This document shows, in pieces, positions 10,636 to 22,469 of a stretch of 64,000 nt of DNA. Source of the DNA: Anaeromyxobacter sp. (GTDB lineage: Bacteria; Myxococcota; Myxococcia; Myxococcales; Anaeromyxobacteraceae); the NCBI GenBank assembly GCA_049840735.1, contig JASGJN010000022.1:96001-160000 (forward strand). The letters are read 5' to 3'. The notes beneath the pieces are model-generated. The model searched no databases and was not told the origin of the DNA. It worked only from the letters and a program-made list of their open reading frames with translations. The stretch's first letter is position 1; every line of letters starts with the position of its first letter. The position numbers and the translations under genes are program-made.

Positions 10636-11852
10636 ATGCGCCTCCCCATCGTCGCCTCCGTCCTCCTCCTCGCCGCGTGCAACCAGCAGGCGGTCACCGA
10701 GCTCGCCAGGTGCCAGCGCGAGCTCGGCGCCACCGACGCCTCCGTCCAGGCGGCGCAGGCGGCGCAGGCCGGCGCGGAGAAGCGCGCCGCGGCGCTGGCC
10801 GCGGAGCTCGAGCAGGTGAAGGCGGAGCTGGCGTCGGCGAGGGCGCAGGCCGAGGCCGCCCCGGGCGCCGTCGCGGCCGAGCCCGGGGTCGCCCCGGCGC
10901 GGGCGGCGGCGAACGGGCCGGTGCGCGTCGGCCTCTCGCTGCCCACGCAGCGCGAGGAGCGGTGGGTGAAGGACAAGCTCACCATGCTGGCGGAGGCGCG
11001 GAAGCGCGGCATCGACCTCCGCGTCCAGATCTCCGAGAACGATCCGGCCCGCCAGCTGGCGCAGTGCCAGAAGCTCATCGCCGACGGGATCCAGGTGCTG
11101 GTGCTCGCGCCAGGCGACGCGGCCGGCGCGGCCCAGATCGTGGATCTCGCCGCCCGGGCGGGCGTGGCGGTCATCAGCTACGACCGGCTCGTGACCGGCT
11201 CGCCGCGCGGCTACTACTACCTCTCCTTCGACAACGTCCGCGTCGGCGAGCTGCAGGGCGAGTACCTGTCCCGCGCCGCCCCCGCGGCAACTACGTGCTC
11301 CTCGCCGGGGCGCCCAGCGACCACAACGCCACGCTCTTCCGGCAGGGCGCGATGCGCCGCCTCCAGCCGCTCATCGCGAGCGGCGCCGTGAAGGTGGTGC
11401 TCGACAGCCCGGTGGAGGGCTGGAATCCGGCCGTCGCCCGGAAGCTCTGCGCGCAGGCGGTGGAGCAGAGCAGCGGCCACATCGACGCGGTGCTGGCCCC
11501 GAACGACGGCACGGCCGGCGGCTGCCTGGAGGCGCTGGCCGCGAAGGGGCTCGCGGGGAAGGTGGTCGTGACCGGCCAGGACGCGGAGCTCGCCGCGGCC
11601 GTCCGGCTGCTCCGCGGCACGCAGGCGATGACGGTCTACAAGGACACGCGCCGCCTGGGCGCGCGCGCCATCGAGCTGGCGCAGGCGCTGGCGCTCGGCA
11701 AGGCCGTGATGGAGGACCGGCTGGTGGACAACGGCGTCCGCCAGGTGCCCGCCATCCTGCTGCCGCCCTTCGCCGTCACCCGCGAGAACCTGGACGAGCA
11801 GCTCATCTCCACGGGCTACCTGAACCGCGACGCGGTCTACCGCCGGAGGTGA
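10636..11852 (+). CDS. Lipoprotein: coiled coil + XylF/ChvE-like sugar-binding domain (frameshift near 11280)
   Basis: Lipobox LLAAC; ERWVKD, VISYDRL, SFDNVRVG, APNDGTAGG, TGQDAE, MTVYKD motifs of XylF family. Confidence 0.85.
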
Positions 11853-11867
11853 CGGCGGGCGCGCCGG

Positions 11868-13716
11868 TCAGCGCCCCGCCGGCTCCGCGATCCAGAGCTC
11901 CACGCGCCGGTTCCGCTGCCGGCCCGCCTCGGTGGTGTCCTCTGCCAGCGGCAGCGCCGAGCCCATCCCGGCCACGCGGACGCCGGTGAAGCCGCGCTGC
12001 GCCAGCGCCTGCGCCACCAGGGCGGCGCGCTCGGTCGAGAGCTCGGCGTTCTGCGTGGGCGTGCCCTGGCCGTCGGCGAACCCGAGCACCCGCACGTCGG
12101 CGGGGCTCACGTCGCGGGCGTGCAGGTAGACCACCACCCGGTCGAGGTCCCGCAGGGCCCGGTTGTCGAAGGCGGAGGCGCCCGCCTCGAACCGGGAGCG
12201 TGGTCGAGAGCCGGCGCGCACCGGCGGTGAGCGTGCGGTAGGCCCTGGGCGCGGACGTCGGCGCCGAGACCCGCTCCGCGCGGATGGCCAGCTCCACCAG
12301 CCCGGAGCGCTGGACGGCCCGCTGGCCGTCCTCGCCCATGGCGAACTCGAGGAAGCGCGCCACGTGCGGGTTCCGGCTGGCCTGGGCCGAGTAGAGGAAG
12401 ACGCGGTGCGCGAGCGGGTACTCCTCCGTCGCGACGGTGAACGGGGTCGGGAGCGTGGCCACGCGCCCGGGCTCGGAGACCGGGACCACCCGCGCGCCAG
12501 CCACCCGGGCCATGGGCACGAACCCGATGCCGCCCGGATTGCCCACCACCGCGTCCACCACCGCCTGGAAGCCGCCCGGTCGCCTCGCCTCGGCGCCGAG
12601 CGCACGGCCGCCCAGGACCGTGGCCTGGAGCACCTCGGCGACGCCGGAGCCGGCGTCGGGCAGGTAGACGTGGACCCCCGAGGCCACCGGCCCGCCCTTG
12701 CCGTCCACGCCCACCGAGGACCACTCGTCGTCGCCGGCCAGCCCCAGCGCGGACCAGTCGGACACGTCGCCGGCGAGGAGGTCCGCCAGCGCCGCCCTGT
12801 CGAGCTGGGAGACGCCGTTGGCGCGGTTCACGATGACGGCGATGCCGTCGAGCGCCAGCACGTGCTCGTTCGCCTGCGAGGTCATCGTGCCCAGGGCGGC
12901 GAGCCGCTGCCGCTCCTCCGGGCTGATCCGCCGGGACGAGAAGGCCAGGTCGGCCGTGCCGGCCAGGAGGCCCTCGAAGCCCCGCGCCGTGCTGCCGAGC
13001 ACCACCGTCACCGCCGCGCGCTGCCCCCCGAGCTCCGCCTCGACCCGCACCTCGCCGCCGGCGGGGCTGGTGGCGCGGATCCCGGAGGCCCCGAGCACGC
13101 CCAGGTAGGCCTGCGCGAGCGCCGTCGCGACGTCGGCGCCGAGCGCGTCCGCGCCGGCCAGGCGGAGCAGCGGCGCGGCGCCGGCGGGCACGGCGGGCAC
13201 GGCGGGGGACGCCGTCGCGGCAGGGGGCTCGGCGGTGGCCGCGGGCGCCGGGCCGCCGCGCAGGGCGAGCCAGGCGCCGGCGCCGAGGACCAGCGCGAGC
13301 GCCGCGCCCGCGCCGGCGAGGAGCAGGGCCCGCGGGCGAGCGCCGGACCGTCCCCGCGCCGCGGCGCCCGCGCCGACGATCCGGCGGCGCTCGTCCGCCT
13401 CCCGCTGCCCGTCGAGGAGCAGGAACTGCCAGGTCCGGCTGATGGTGACGTGCGGTGAGCGCACGTCGGCGGCCAGCGCGACGGTCCCACCGTGCCAGGT
13501 GAGGATCTCCTGGAACGCGACCTCGCCGGCGCCGCGCTCGGTCTCCGCGTGCACCAGGCGGCCTTCGCGGAAGAAGATGCGCCCGGACCTGCGCCCGTGG
13601 GCGACGGTGATGCAGCCGGTGAACCCGGTCGCGCCCTTCAGCTGGACGATGTCGACCAGATCGAGCCCGACGACCGCGGTCTCCCGCTCGTCGGCCGCCC
13701 GCGGCGTCGATGCCAT
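11868..13716 (-). CDS. DUF4388-like domain - TM - PstS-like binding domain - OmpA-like domain fusion (frameshift near 12195)
   Basis: GRIFFREGRLVHA N-domain; GSTARGF, SSRRI, LALDGIAVIVN, YPLAHRVFLY PBP motifs; GFADGQG..N..LS..RA and NRRVE OmpA motifs; start approximate. Confidence 0.8.
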
Positions 13717-13939
13717 GGACCCCCGTTCCATGCCCGCGGCGCCGCCCCCCCGGGCGCGCCGCAGTGACCGCTTCCTCGCGCCGCGGAGTCTCCCACCGGG
13801 GGTTCCAGCGGGCAAGCAGGCGAGCGCGGCAGGCGCGAGGCGCACCTCGTCCGACATGGCGGATCCCCGGCCGGACTCCGAGCGCCCCGGCGTCGCCCGG
13901 TCCCGGGCGACCGGCCTCGGCGGTGAGGCTACCTGGGCC

Positions 13940-15184
13940 TCACTGTGAGGCCGGGGTCCCGCGCGGCAACCGCACCGTCACCTCGGTGAACCCGTCCTCC
14001 GAGGCGACGCCGATCTCCCCGCCGTGGCGGGTGACGATCTCTCGCGCGATGTAGAGCCCCAGCCCCAGCCCGGAGCCCTTGCGGCTCTTCTCCTCCGGCG
14101 GGCGCGAAAACGGCTCGAAGAGCCGCGCCAGCACCTCCGGCGGCACCGCCGACCCCTCGTTGCGCACGCCCAGGATCACGTGCCCAGGCTCGCCGCGCAG
14201 CCGCACCTGCACCGGCGTGCTCGGGTCGCCGTGATCGATGGCGTTGGCCACCAGGTTGGAGACCACCTGCTCCAGCCGGTCCGGATCCCACTCCCCGCGG
14301 ACGTCGCCCTCCACCTCCAGCGCCAGCGTCCGGTCCGGGTTGGCCGCCTGCAGCTCCTCCACCACGCGGCGCGCCAGGTCGTCGAGCTGCGCCGGGCGCG
14401 GCTGGACCGGCAGCCCGTTCCCCAGCCGCGTGCGCGTGTACGAGAGCAGGTCGGCGATGATCCGGCCCATCCGCCCGGCCGAGGAGCGCATCCGCTCCAC
14501 CGCCCGCGCCTGCCAGCCCTCCAGCGCGCCGCGCTTCTGCAGCAGCGCCGCGGACATGTGCACCGCGCCCAGCGGGTTGCGCAGGTCGTGGCCCACCACC
14601 CCCAGGATGAAGTCCACCGCCTTGCGCCGCGACTCGAGCTCCAGCGCCGCCCGCCGCGCCTGCTCGCCGGCCCGGCGCTGCTCGCGCTCGGCCTCGCCCT
14701 GCTGCAGCGCGCGGCCGCAGCGGTCGGCCGCCACCCGCAGCAGCGCCAGCGCCTCCTCGCCCAGCGCGTCGCGCGCCCGCGAGCCCAGCAGCAGCGCCCC
14801 GCGCCGCTCGCCGGACCGCAGCGGCACGCCCAGCGCGCCGCGCGTCCCGGCCGGCAGCGGCGCGCCCGGCGCCGAGGCCGCGGCCGGCGCGCCGGCGGCG
14901 ATCACCTGCGCGGCCAGGCCGGCCGGCTCCGGCGCCGCCTCGTCCTCGGCCGGCTCCAGCCCCACCGCCGCCGCCACCTCCAGCGCGCCGCCCTGGTCCA
15001 GCACCAGCGCCGCCGCGTCCGCCTCGGGCACGGCGTCCACCAGCGCCGAGACCAGCCGCCGCAGCGCCGACTCCTCCGGCTCGACCGCCAGGATCCGCTC
15101 CACGCGCGCCGCCAGGCCGGCCGGCTCGGGCTCGGGCGCGTGCGCCGCGCCCGGGACCACCCCGAGACCGCCCTGGTCTGCCAT
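13940..15184 (-). CDS. GAF sensor histidine kinase
   Basis: HDLRNPL H-box, NLVANAIDH N-box, GLGLGLYI G-box. Confidence 0.9.
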   Translation of the reverse strand: MADQGGLGVVPGAAHAPEPEPAGLAARVERILAVEPEESALRRLVSALVDAVPEADAAALVLDQGGALEVAAAVGLEPAEDEAAPEPAGLAAQVIAAGAPAAASAPGAPLPAGTRGALGVPLRSGERRGALLLGSRARDALGEEALALLRVAADRCGRALQQGEAEREQRRAGEQARRAALELESRRKAVDFILGVVGHDLRNPLGAVHMSAALLQKRGALEGWQARAVERMRSSAGRMGRIIADLLSYTRTRLGNGLPVQPRPAQLDDLARRVVEELQAANPDRTLALEVEGDVRGEWDPDRLEQVVSNLVANAIDHGDPSTPVQVRLRGEPGHVILGVRNEGSAVPPEVLARLFEPFSRPPEEKSRKGSGLGLGLYIAREIVTRHGGEIGVASEDGFTEVTVRLPRGTPASQ

Positions 15185-15292
15185 CCCCCCGATCTGCGCG
15201 CGCCAGGGGCGTCCGGGAACCCCCCTCGCGGCCGCCCGACTGCCCCCTACGCGGGCCAGCACCCATTGACTGGCCGGCACCCGGGGCAGCGG

Positions 15293-15395
15293 CTGGCCTT
15301 CGACTCCGCCGCCGCTCCGCAGCGGCTACGCTCAGGCGGAACGGCGGAGCCCATCCGTTCGGCCTGCCTCAGCAGGCTCGGAGTCGAAGGCCAGG
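15293..15395. repeat. Inverted pair of REP-like elements (15293-15344 on +, 15355-15395 on -)
   Basis: CTGGCCTTCGACTCCG-hairpin-CTACGCTCAGGCGGAACGG and a shortened reverse copy. Confidence 0.85.
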
Positions 15396-15590
15396 TGCGG
15401 AGCTGCCCGCTCTCCGTGCAGCGGCCCGGGGCGCGCCTTGACGCGGCGGGTCGAGGGGGCCCCGGCCGCCCCGGCGCCGATGTGTGCGTCAGCTTTACCG
15501 GACCCGCCCCCGCGGTTATGGTGGCGCGATTTCCGGGCCGTTTTTCCAACGCGCCGCAGGGCGCGACCGCCGCTGGGAGGCCGCCGCCGC

Positions 15591-17132
15591 ATGAGCACGC
15601 CGTCCTCGAGGAAGATCACCAAGGTCCTGGTCGCGAACCGCGGGGAGATCGCGGTCCGCGTGGTCCGGACCTGCCGCGAGATGGGGCTGAAGACGGTCGC
15701 GGTCTACTCCGACGCCGACCGCGGCTCGTTCCACGTCCGCAAGGCCGACGAGGCCGTGCACATCGGCCCCTCGCCCTCGCGCCAGAGCTACCTGGTGATC
15801 GAGCGCATCCTGGACGCCTGCCGGAAGACCGGCGCCGACGCGGTCCACCCCGGCTACGGCTTCCTCTCCGAGAAGGCGGAGTTCGCCCGCGCGCTCGACG
15901 CGGCCGGCATCACCTTCATCGGCCCGCGCGCCGAGTCGATGGACGCCATGGGCGTGAAGACCACCGCCCGCAAGAACATGCAGGCCGCGGGCGTGCCCAC
16001 CGTGCCCGGCTCGGCGGCCCCCATCGCCGACGCCGACGAGGCCAAGGCCTTCGCCGACTCCATCGGCTACCCGGTGATGATCAAGGCGGCGGCCGGCGGC
16101 GGCGGCAAGGGCATGAAGAAGTGCGACCGCGCCGAGGACTTCCCGGGCCTGTGGGCCTCGGCCAAGCGCGAGGCCGGCAGCGCCTTCGGCGACGACCGGA
16201 TGTACCTCGAGAAGTTCCTGGAGAAGCCGCGCCACGTGGAGATCCAGGTCTTCGCCGACGAGCACGGCAACTGCGTCTACCTGGGCGAGCGCGAGTGCTC
16301 GGTCCAGCGCCGGCAGCAGAAGGTGATTGAGGAGAGCCCGAGCTGCATCCTGGACGAGAAGATGCGCCAGGCCATGGGCGAGGTGGCGGTCCGGGCGGCG
16401 CGCGCCGTGAACTACCGCGGCGCCGGCACGGTCGAGTTCCTGGTGGACGCCCACCGCAACTTCTACTTCCTCGAGATGAACACCCGGCTCCAGGTGGAGC
16501 ACCCGGTGACCGAGATGATCACCGGCCTGGACCTGGTCCGGATGCAGCTCGAGGTGGCCCAGGGGGAGAAGATCCTGGCGCAGCACGAGGTGGTGCGGCG
16601 CGGCCACGCCGTCGAGGCGCGCGTCTACGCCGAGGATCCGGCCAGGGGGTTCATCCCCAGCCCCGGGAAGATCACCTACCTGCGCGTGCCCGGCGGCCCG
16701 GGCGTGCGCGACGACTCCGGCATCTACACCGGCTGGGTGGTCCCGCAGTTCTACGACCCCATGCTCTCCAAGCTGGTGGCCTGGGCGCCCACCCGGACGC
16801 AGGCCATCGACCGCCTGGTGCGCGCGCTGGACGAGTACACGGTCCATGGCATCACCACCAACATCGGCTACCTGGTCGCGGTCCTGAACCACCCCGCCTT
16901 CCGGTCGGGGGAGTACGACACCGGCTTCTGCGGCAAGTTCGCCGCCGATTTGGTGCGACCGCCCGATCCACGCTGGCAGCCGGTGGCGCTGATCGCCGCG
17001 GCCATCGCCGCCCACAAGCGCGACACGGAGGAGGCCGAGGCCTTCGCCGCGCGCGCGGGCGCAGGGGCGGCCGGGAAGTCGGCCTGGGCGCGGCTGGGGC
17101 GCGCACGCGCGATGCGGGGAGGTGTGCGGTGA
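15591..17132 (+). CDS. accC: Acetyl/propionyl-CoA carboxylase biotin carboxylase subunit
   Basis: KVLVANRGEIA, HPGYGFLSE, GGGGKGM, RECSVQRRQQK, EMNTRLQVEHPVTE. Confidence 0.93.
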   Translation: MSTPSSRKITKVLVANRGEIAVRVVRTCREMGLKTVAVYSDADRGSFHVRKADEAVHIGPSPSRQSYLVIERILDACRKTGADAVHPGYGFLSEKAEFARALDAAGITFIGPRAESMDAMGVKTTARKNMQAAGVPTVPGSAAPIADADEAKAFADSIGYPVMIKAAAGGGGKGMKKCDRAEDFPGLWASAKREAGSAFGDDRMYLEKFLEKPRHVEIQVFADEHGNCVYLGERECSVQRRQQKVIEESPSCILDEKMRQAMGEVAVRAARAVNYRGAGTVEFLVDAHRNFYFLEMNTRLQVEHPVTEMITGLDLVRMQLEVAQGEKILAQHEVVRRGHAVEARVYAEDPARGFIPSPGKITYLRVPGGPGVRDDSGIYTGWVVPQFYDPMLSKLVAWAPTRTQAIDRLVRALDEYTVHGITTNIGYLVAVLNHPAFRSGEYDTGFCGKFAADLVRPPDPRWQPVALIAAAIAAHKRDTEEAEAFAARAGAGAAGKSAWARLGRARAMRGGVR

Positions 17133-17637
17133 GCACGTACGTGGCGCTGCTGGAGGGGGATCGCGAGCAGGCGATCGAGGTCGTGCAGCTGGAGCAGGGC
17201 ATCTACGAGGTGCGGATGGCGGCCAGGTGCACCGGGTGGACGCCTACCGGCACGACTACGGCACCTTGTCGCTCCTGGTGGACGGCGCCAGCTACAGCGC
17301 CACGCTGGACGAGCGCGGCACCAAGCTGCATGTGCGAATCCAGGACTCGGTCTACCCTCTCGAGATTCTCGACGAGAAGAAGCTCAGGCTCCGTCGCGCG
17401 GCAGCCCGCTTCACCGTCGAGGGAAAGCAGACGCTCACCGCGCCGATGCCCGGGAAGATCGTCAAGGTGCTGGTCGGCCTGGGCGACACGGTGACGGAAG
17501 GGCAGGGGCTCCTGGTCGTCGAGGCCATGAAGATGGAGAACGAGCTCAAGAGCCCCAAGGCCGGGAAGGTGGTCGAGCTGCACGTGAAGGAGGGGCAGAC
17601 CGTCGAGGGCAACGCGAAGCTCTGCGCGGTCGAGTGA
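17129..17637 (+). CDS. Biotin carboxyl carrier protein (frameshift near 17218)
   Basis: APMPGK...EAMKMENE biotinylation motif; N-terminal part in ORF 17129. Confidence 0.88.
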
Positions 17638-17778
17638 GGAACCGGTCACCCTGAGCCCGCGCGCCGCCCGGAGGGCGGCGGCCGCCCAGGGCCGACGGAT
17701 GGCACGCGAGCGGGTCGCCCCGATCCCTCGCGAACGGAGCGGGCCGGCCCAAGGGCCGCGCCCGCCGGGAAAGAAGAG

Positions 17779-19429
17779 ATGGCGGACGACAGGAAGCAGC
17801 GCTGGCTGGAAGGGACGTACGGCAAGGCGATCAAGAAGGCCCCCGAGCGCCGCAAGAAGTTCGACACGACCAGCGGCGTGGTCGAGGAGCCGGTCTACAC
17901 CGCCGGTGACGTGAAGCCGGGGCTGGAGGACCGCCTGGGCCTGCCCGGCGAGTTCCCCTTCACCCGCGGCGTGCAGCCCACCATGTACCGCGGCCGCTTC
18001 TGGACCATGCGCCAGTACGCCGGCTTCGGCACGGCCGAGGAGTCCAACGAGCGGTACCGCTACCTGCTCAAGTCCGGCCAGACCGGCCTCTCGGTCGCGT
18101 TCGACCTGCCCACGCAGATGGGGCGCGACTCCGACCACCCGCGCGCGCGCGGCGAGGTCGGCAAGGTCGGCGTCGCGATCGACTCGATCCGCGACATGGA
18201 GATCCTCTTCAAGGAGATCCCGCTCGGCGAGGTCTCCACCTCCATGACCATCAACGCCACCGGCGGCATCCTCCTGGCGCTGTACCAGGCGGTGGCGGAG
18301 AAGCAGGGCGTGGGCCCGGAGAAGCTCCAGGGCACCATCCAGAACGACCTGCTGAAGGAGTACGCGGCCCGCGGCACGTACATCTACCCGCCCGAGCCCT
18401 CGCTCCGCGTCATCACCGACATCTTCGCCTACACCGCGAAGGTGATGCCGAAGTGGAACCCGATCTCCATCTCGGGCTACCACATCCGCGAGGCCGGCTC
18501 GACGGCGGCGCAGGAGATCGCCTTCACGCTGGCCGACGGCATCCAGTACATCGACGCGGCCGTGAAGGCCGGGCTCGACGTGGACGCCTTCGCCGGCCGC
18601 CTCTCCTTCTTCTTCAACGCGCACAACAACCTGCTGGAGGAGGTCGCGAAGTTCCGCGCCGCCCGCCGGCTCTGGGCGCGCATCGTGAAGGAGCGGTTCA
18701 AGGCCAAGGACCCGCGCTCGATGATGCTGCGGTTCCACACCCAGACCGCGGGCTCCATGCTCACCGCGCAGCAGCCGGACAACAACATCGTCCGCGTGAC
18801 GCTGCAGGCGCTGGCGGCGGTGCTGGGCGGCACCCAGTCGCTGCACACCAACTCGCGGGACGAGGCCCTCGGCCTCCCCACCGAGGACTCGGTGCGCATC
18901 GCGCTCCGCACCCAGCAGATCATCGCCAACGAGTCCGGCGCGGCCGACGTGATTGACCCGCTGGGCGGCAGCTGGTTCATCGAGGCGATGACCGACGAGC
19001 TGGAGGGGCGCGCCGAGGAGTACATCAAGAAGATCGACGAGATGGGCGGCATGGTCCAGGCCATCTCCAAGGGCTACGTCCAGCGCGAGATCCAGGAGGC
19101 GGCCTACGCCTGGCAGCGCTCGGTGGAGAACAAGGAGCAGGTGGTCGTGGGCGTGAACGCCTACAAGGCCGAGGATCTCGCCGGTGCCGGTCATGAAGAT
19201 CGACCCGTCCGTCGAGGCCCGCCAGGTCGAGTCGCTGCAGGCCTTCAAGAAGGCCCGCAACGCCGCCGCCGTGTCGGCCGCGCTGGACAAGGTGCGCGCG
19301 GGTGCGAAGGGGAAGGAGAACCTCATGCCCCTGTTCCTCGAGGCCGTGAAGGCCGAGACGACCATGGGCGAGATCTCCGACGCGCTGCGCGACGTGTTCG
19401 GCGAGTACAAGGAGACGGTGGTACTCTAG
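17779..19429 (+). CDS. Methylmalonyl-CoA mutase, large N-terminal catalytic subunit (frameshift near 19180)
   Basis: [48 protein letters not shown]-terminus in ORF 19184..19429. Confidence 0.93.
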
Positions 19430-19435
19430 GAAGGC

Positions 19436-21442
19436 GTGAACGACGCCCCTCCGAAGCCCCCCGGCCGTCCGCGGCCGGCCACGCCCTCGGCGCCGCCACG
19501 GCTCGAGCGCGTGGGGCCGGCGGGGGGGCCGTCGCAGCCTCCGCCCGCTGCGCCGGCGGCGCCTGCCGCCGGGCAGCCGGGCCCGATCCTCACCCCACCT
19601 CCCGCGGCGCCCCGGGCGCCGGCGGCCCCGCCGCCGCCTCGCCCGGGCGCGTCCTACGGCATGGCCGCGCGCGAGGTGGGGGCCGAGGCCGCCATCGCCG
19701 CCGGCCTCCCGCTGGTGGGCGCGCTGGATCAGGCCTCGACGCTGCGCCTGCTGGGGCTGGCCGCCGCGGCCGGCGCCAGCGGCCGCCTCTCGCTCTCCGC
19801 GGAGGGGCGCACCTACGCGCTCACCTTCCGCCGCGGCGCGGTCGAGCACGTGGTCAGCAGCGAGCCCGCCGACGACCTCGGCCGCTGGCTCCTCCGCAAG
19901 GGCGTGCTCACGCCCGAGTCGCTGGTGCAGGTGGAGGCCGTCCGCGCCTCCGCCGGCGGCGACATGGGCACGGCCCTCATCACCTCCGGCCGCGTGAACC
20001 CGGCCGACGTGGCCGGCCTGCTGGCCGAGCACGGGGCGGCGCTGGTGCTCCGGGCGCTGGCCCTGGAGGCGGGCGCCTTCTCCTGGGAGCCCAACGTCCC
20101 GCCGCCGCCCTCCTCGTTCCCGCTGGGCGCCCCCTTCGCCGCGCTGGTGGCGGCGGTCCGCTCGCTGGACCTGGCCGCGCTGCAGCGGCGGCTGGGCGAT
20201 CGCGAGCGGCGGGTGGCCTCGCGCATGGCCGGGCGCGTCCGGCCCGAGGACCTGCGGCTCGCGCCGCAGGAGGCGCGCGCCGCGGCCCAGTTCGACGGCC
20301 TCCGCAGCCCGGCCGAGATCGCCGCCGCCGCGCCCGCCGAGGCCGCCACGGTGCTGCGCCTGGCGCTGCTGCTGGGCGAGGTGGACCTGCTCGCCTTCGG
20401 CCCCGAGCACGCGCCCCGGCCCGCGGCCCCGGCGGCCGCGCCCGCCCCGGTCGTCACGCCGCCGCCGGTGGCTCCGGCCGCACCCGCCGCGTCCGCCGCG
20501 CCTGCTGCCGCGCCCGCGCCGCCGCCGGTCGCGGCCCGGCCTGAGGTCCCCACGCCGCCCCCGGTCGCGGCCCGGCCTGCGGTCCCCACGCCGCCGCCCG
20601 CGCCCAGGCCTGCGGTGACCACGCCGCCGCCCGCGCCCCGGCCGCCGGCCACCACCCCGCCGCCCGCGCCGCGGCCGCCGCCCGCGCAGGCGGCCCCGCG
20701 CCCGCCCCCCGCCGCCCCGAGGCCCCCGCCGGCCGCGCCGCCGCCCGCGGCCGCCGCCGTCACCACGCTCGACCCGGCCGCGCTCCGCGCGCTGCTCGAG
20801 AAGGTGCGCGCCGCCGATCACTTCGACGTGCTGGGCGTGAAGCGCGACGCGCAGGTCGCGGCCATCAAGATCGCCTACTTCAAGCTGGCCAAGACCTACC
20901 ACCCGGACACCGTGCCGGCCGGCGCGCCGCCCGAGGTGAAGAAGCTCTGCGCCGACATCTTCGCGCGCGTGGGCGAGGCCTGGGGCGTGCTGGGCGACGA
21001 CGCGCAGCGGGCCGCCTACGTCCAGGAGCTGCAGGCCGGCGGCAAGCCGGACGTGGACGTGATGGCCATCCTGCAGGCCGAGAACATCTTCGGCGCCGGG
21101 ACGCTGCTGGTGAAGTCGCGCCGGTACGACGAGGCGCGCGCCAAGTTCGAGGAGGCGCTGAAGCTCAACCCGGACGAGGCCGAGTTCGCCATGTGGAAGG
21201 CCTGGTGCGACTTCCTGCTCGCGCCGGCGGGCGACCGGAAGGGCGTGCACCGGACCTGCGCCGCCGTGATCGAGGCCGGGCTCAAGAAGAACCCCCGCTG
21301 CGCGCCCGGCTACCTCTTCCTCGGGCAGATGGCCAAGCTGGAGAACGACCCGGCGGCGGCCGAGAAGCACTACAAGCGCGGGCTCCAGGTGGTCCCGGAC
21401 GACCCGGAGCTGACCCGGGAGCTCAAGTACCTGAAGCGCTGA
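19436..21442 (+). CDS. DUF4388-like + Pro/Ala linker + DnaJ domain + TPR protein
   Basis: HFDVLGV...[13 protein letters not shown]-domain motif, C-terminal TPR-like helices. Confidence 0.85.
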   Translation: MNDAPPKPPGRPRPATPSAPPRLERVGPAGGPSQPPPAAPAAPAAGQPGPILTPPPAAPRAPAAPPPPRPGASYGMAAREVGAEAAIAAGLPLVGALDQASTLRLLGLAAAAGASGRLSLSAEGRTYALTFRRGAVEHVVSSEPADDLGRWLLRKGVLTPESLVQVEAVRASAGGDMGTALITSGRVNPADVAGLLAEHGAALVLRALALEAGAFSWEPNVPPPPSSFPLGAPFAALVAAVRSLDLAALQRRLGDRERRVASRMAGRVRPEDLRLAPQEARAAAQFDGLRSPAEIAAAAPAEAATVLRLALLLGEVDLLAFGPEHAPRPAAPAAAPAPVVTPPPVAPAAPAASAAPAAAPAPPPVAARPEVPTPPPVAARPAVPTPPPAPRPAVTTPPPAPRPPATTPPPAPRPPPAQAAPRPPPAAPRPPPAAPPPAAAAVTTLDPAALRALLEKVRAADHFDVLGVKRDAQVAAIKIAYFKLAKTYHPDTVPAGAPPEVKKLCADIFARVGEAWGVLGDDAQRAAYVQELQAGGKPDVDVMAILQAENIFGAGTLLVKSRRYDEARAKFEEALKLNPDEAEFAMWKAWCDFLLAPAGDRKGVHRTCAAVIEAGLKKNPRCAPGYLFLGQMAKLENDPAAAEKHYKRGLQVVPDDPELTRELKYLKR

Positions 21443-21488
21443 CGGCGCCGCAGGGCGGGGGCCTCGGCGCCCGTGGTATAAGCCCCCC

Positions 21489-22040
21489 GTGCCCGCCCCC
21501 ACCAACCCGCGCAAGAAGTCGCTCATGCCGTCCTCCCCGCTCCGCCGCCAGCTGCGCGCGGCCGGGCACCACCTCGCGCCCATCGTCCAGGTCGGCAAGG
21601 AGGGGGTGACCGAGGCGGTGGTCCGGCAGCTCTCCGAGGCGCTGCTGGCGCACGAGCTGGTCAAGGTGAAGGTCGGGACCGAGAGCCCGGAGGACCGCTT
21701 CGAGGCGGCCGAGCGGCTGGGCACCGAGGCCGAGGCGCAGGTGGCGCAGATCCTCGGGCGCACGATGCTGCTCTACAAGCGTCACCCGGAGAAGCCCCGC
21801 TACGAGCCGCGGACGGCGCTGCCCGGCGACGAGGACGCCCCGCGCGCTGGTCGCTCCACGCGCCCCACCCGCCGCCCCGCCCCGCGCGGCCGCGCCGGCG
21901 GGGCCCGCGGTGGGCGCGGTGGCGGAGCGCGCGGTGGCAGCGCCGGCGGAGCGCGCGCCGGGAGCGGTGGCCGCGGCGGGAGCGGTGGCCGTGGCAAGCC
22001 CGCCGCCCGGACCGGCGCGGGGCGCAGGCCGGCGCGTTAG
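21489..22040 (+). CDS. yhbY: YhbY/CRM-domain RNA-binding protein with RGG-rich tail
   Basis: LRAAGHHLAPIVQVGKEG...HELVKVKV...QILGRTMLLYK. Confidence 0.88.
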   Translation: MPAPTNPRKKSLMPSSPLRRQLRAAGHHLAPIVQVGKEGVTEAVVRQLSEALLAHELVKVKVGTESPEDRFEAAERLGTEAEAQVAQILGRTMLLYKRHPEKPRYEPRTALPGDEDAPRAGRSTRPTRRPAPRGRAGGARGGRGGGARGGSAGGARAGSGGRGGSGGRGKPAARTGAGRRPAR

Positions 22041-22070
22041 AAGCCGAGCTTGCAGGGCGGACCAGCAGCG

Positions 22071-22431
22071 CCCTTCGACTCCGCTCGCCCTGAGCCTGCC
22101 GAAGGGCTCAGGGCGAACGGTCGTTCCGGACCGTTCGGGCTGAGCGAAATGAGCCGAACGGTCGTTCCGGAGCGGTTCGGGATGAGCGAAACGAGCCGAA
22201 CGGTCGTTCCGGACCGTTCGGGCTGAGCGAAACGAGCCGAACGGTCGTTCCGGACCGGTTCGGGATGAGCGAAACGAGCCGAACGGTCGTTCCGGAGCGT
22301 TCGGGCTGAGCGAAACGAGCCGAACGGTCGTTCCGGAGCGTTCGGGCTGAGCGAAACGAGCCGAACGGTCGTTCCGGACCGTTCGGGCTGAGCGTAGCGA
22401 GCCCGCAGGGCGAGCGAAGTCGAAGCCCAGG
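22071..22431. repeat. REP-bounded tandem array of 7 units of 41-42 bp (BIME-like)
   Basis: Unit CGAACGGTCGTTCCGGACCGTTCGGGCTGAGCGAAACGAGC at 22114, 22155, 22197, 22238, 22280, 22321, 22362; REP copies at 22071-22120 (+) and 22379-22431 (-). Confidence 0.92.
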
Positions 22432-22469
22432 AGGTTTCCGGAGGTGGGCCCGAGGCCGCCCGGATCCGC

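Noticed and set aside
20420..20760. Repetitive CCG-rich tract as a DNA repeat element
   Set aside because: Encodes the Pro/Ala linker of the DnaJ-domain protein
22138..22200. Hammerhead ribozyme repeat (CTGAGCGAAAC / GATGAGCGAAAC)
   Set aside because: Lacks an intact CUGANGA core and stem II before GAAA; the sequence derives from the REP end
22114..22402. CRISPR array
   Set aside because: Units are head-to-tail near-identical with no unique spacers, and there are no cas genes or leader
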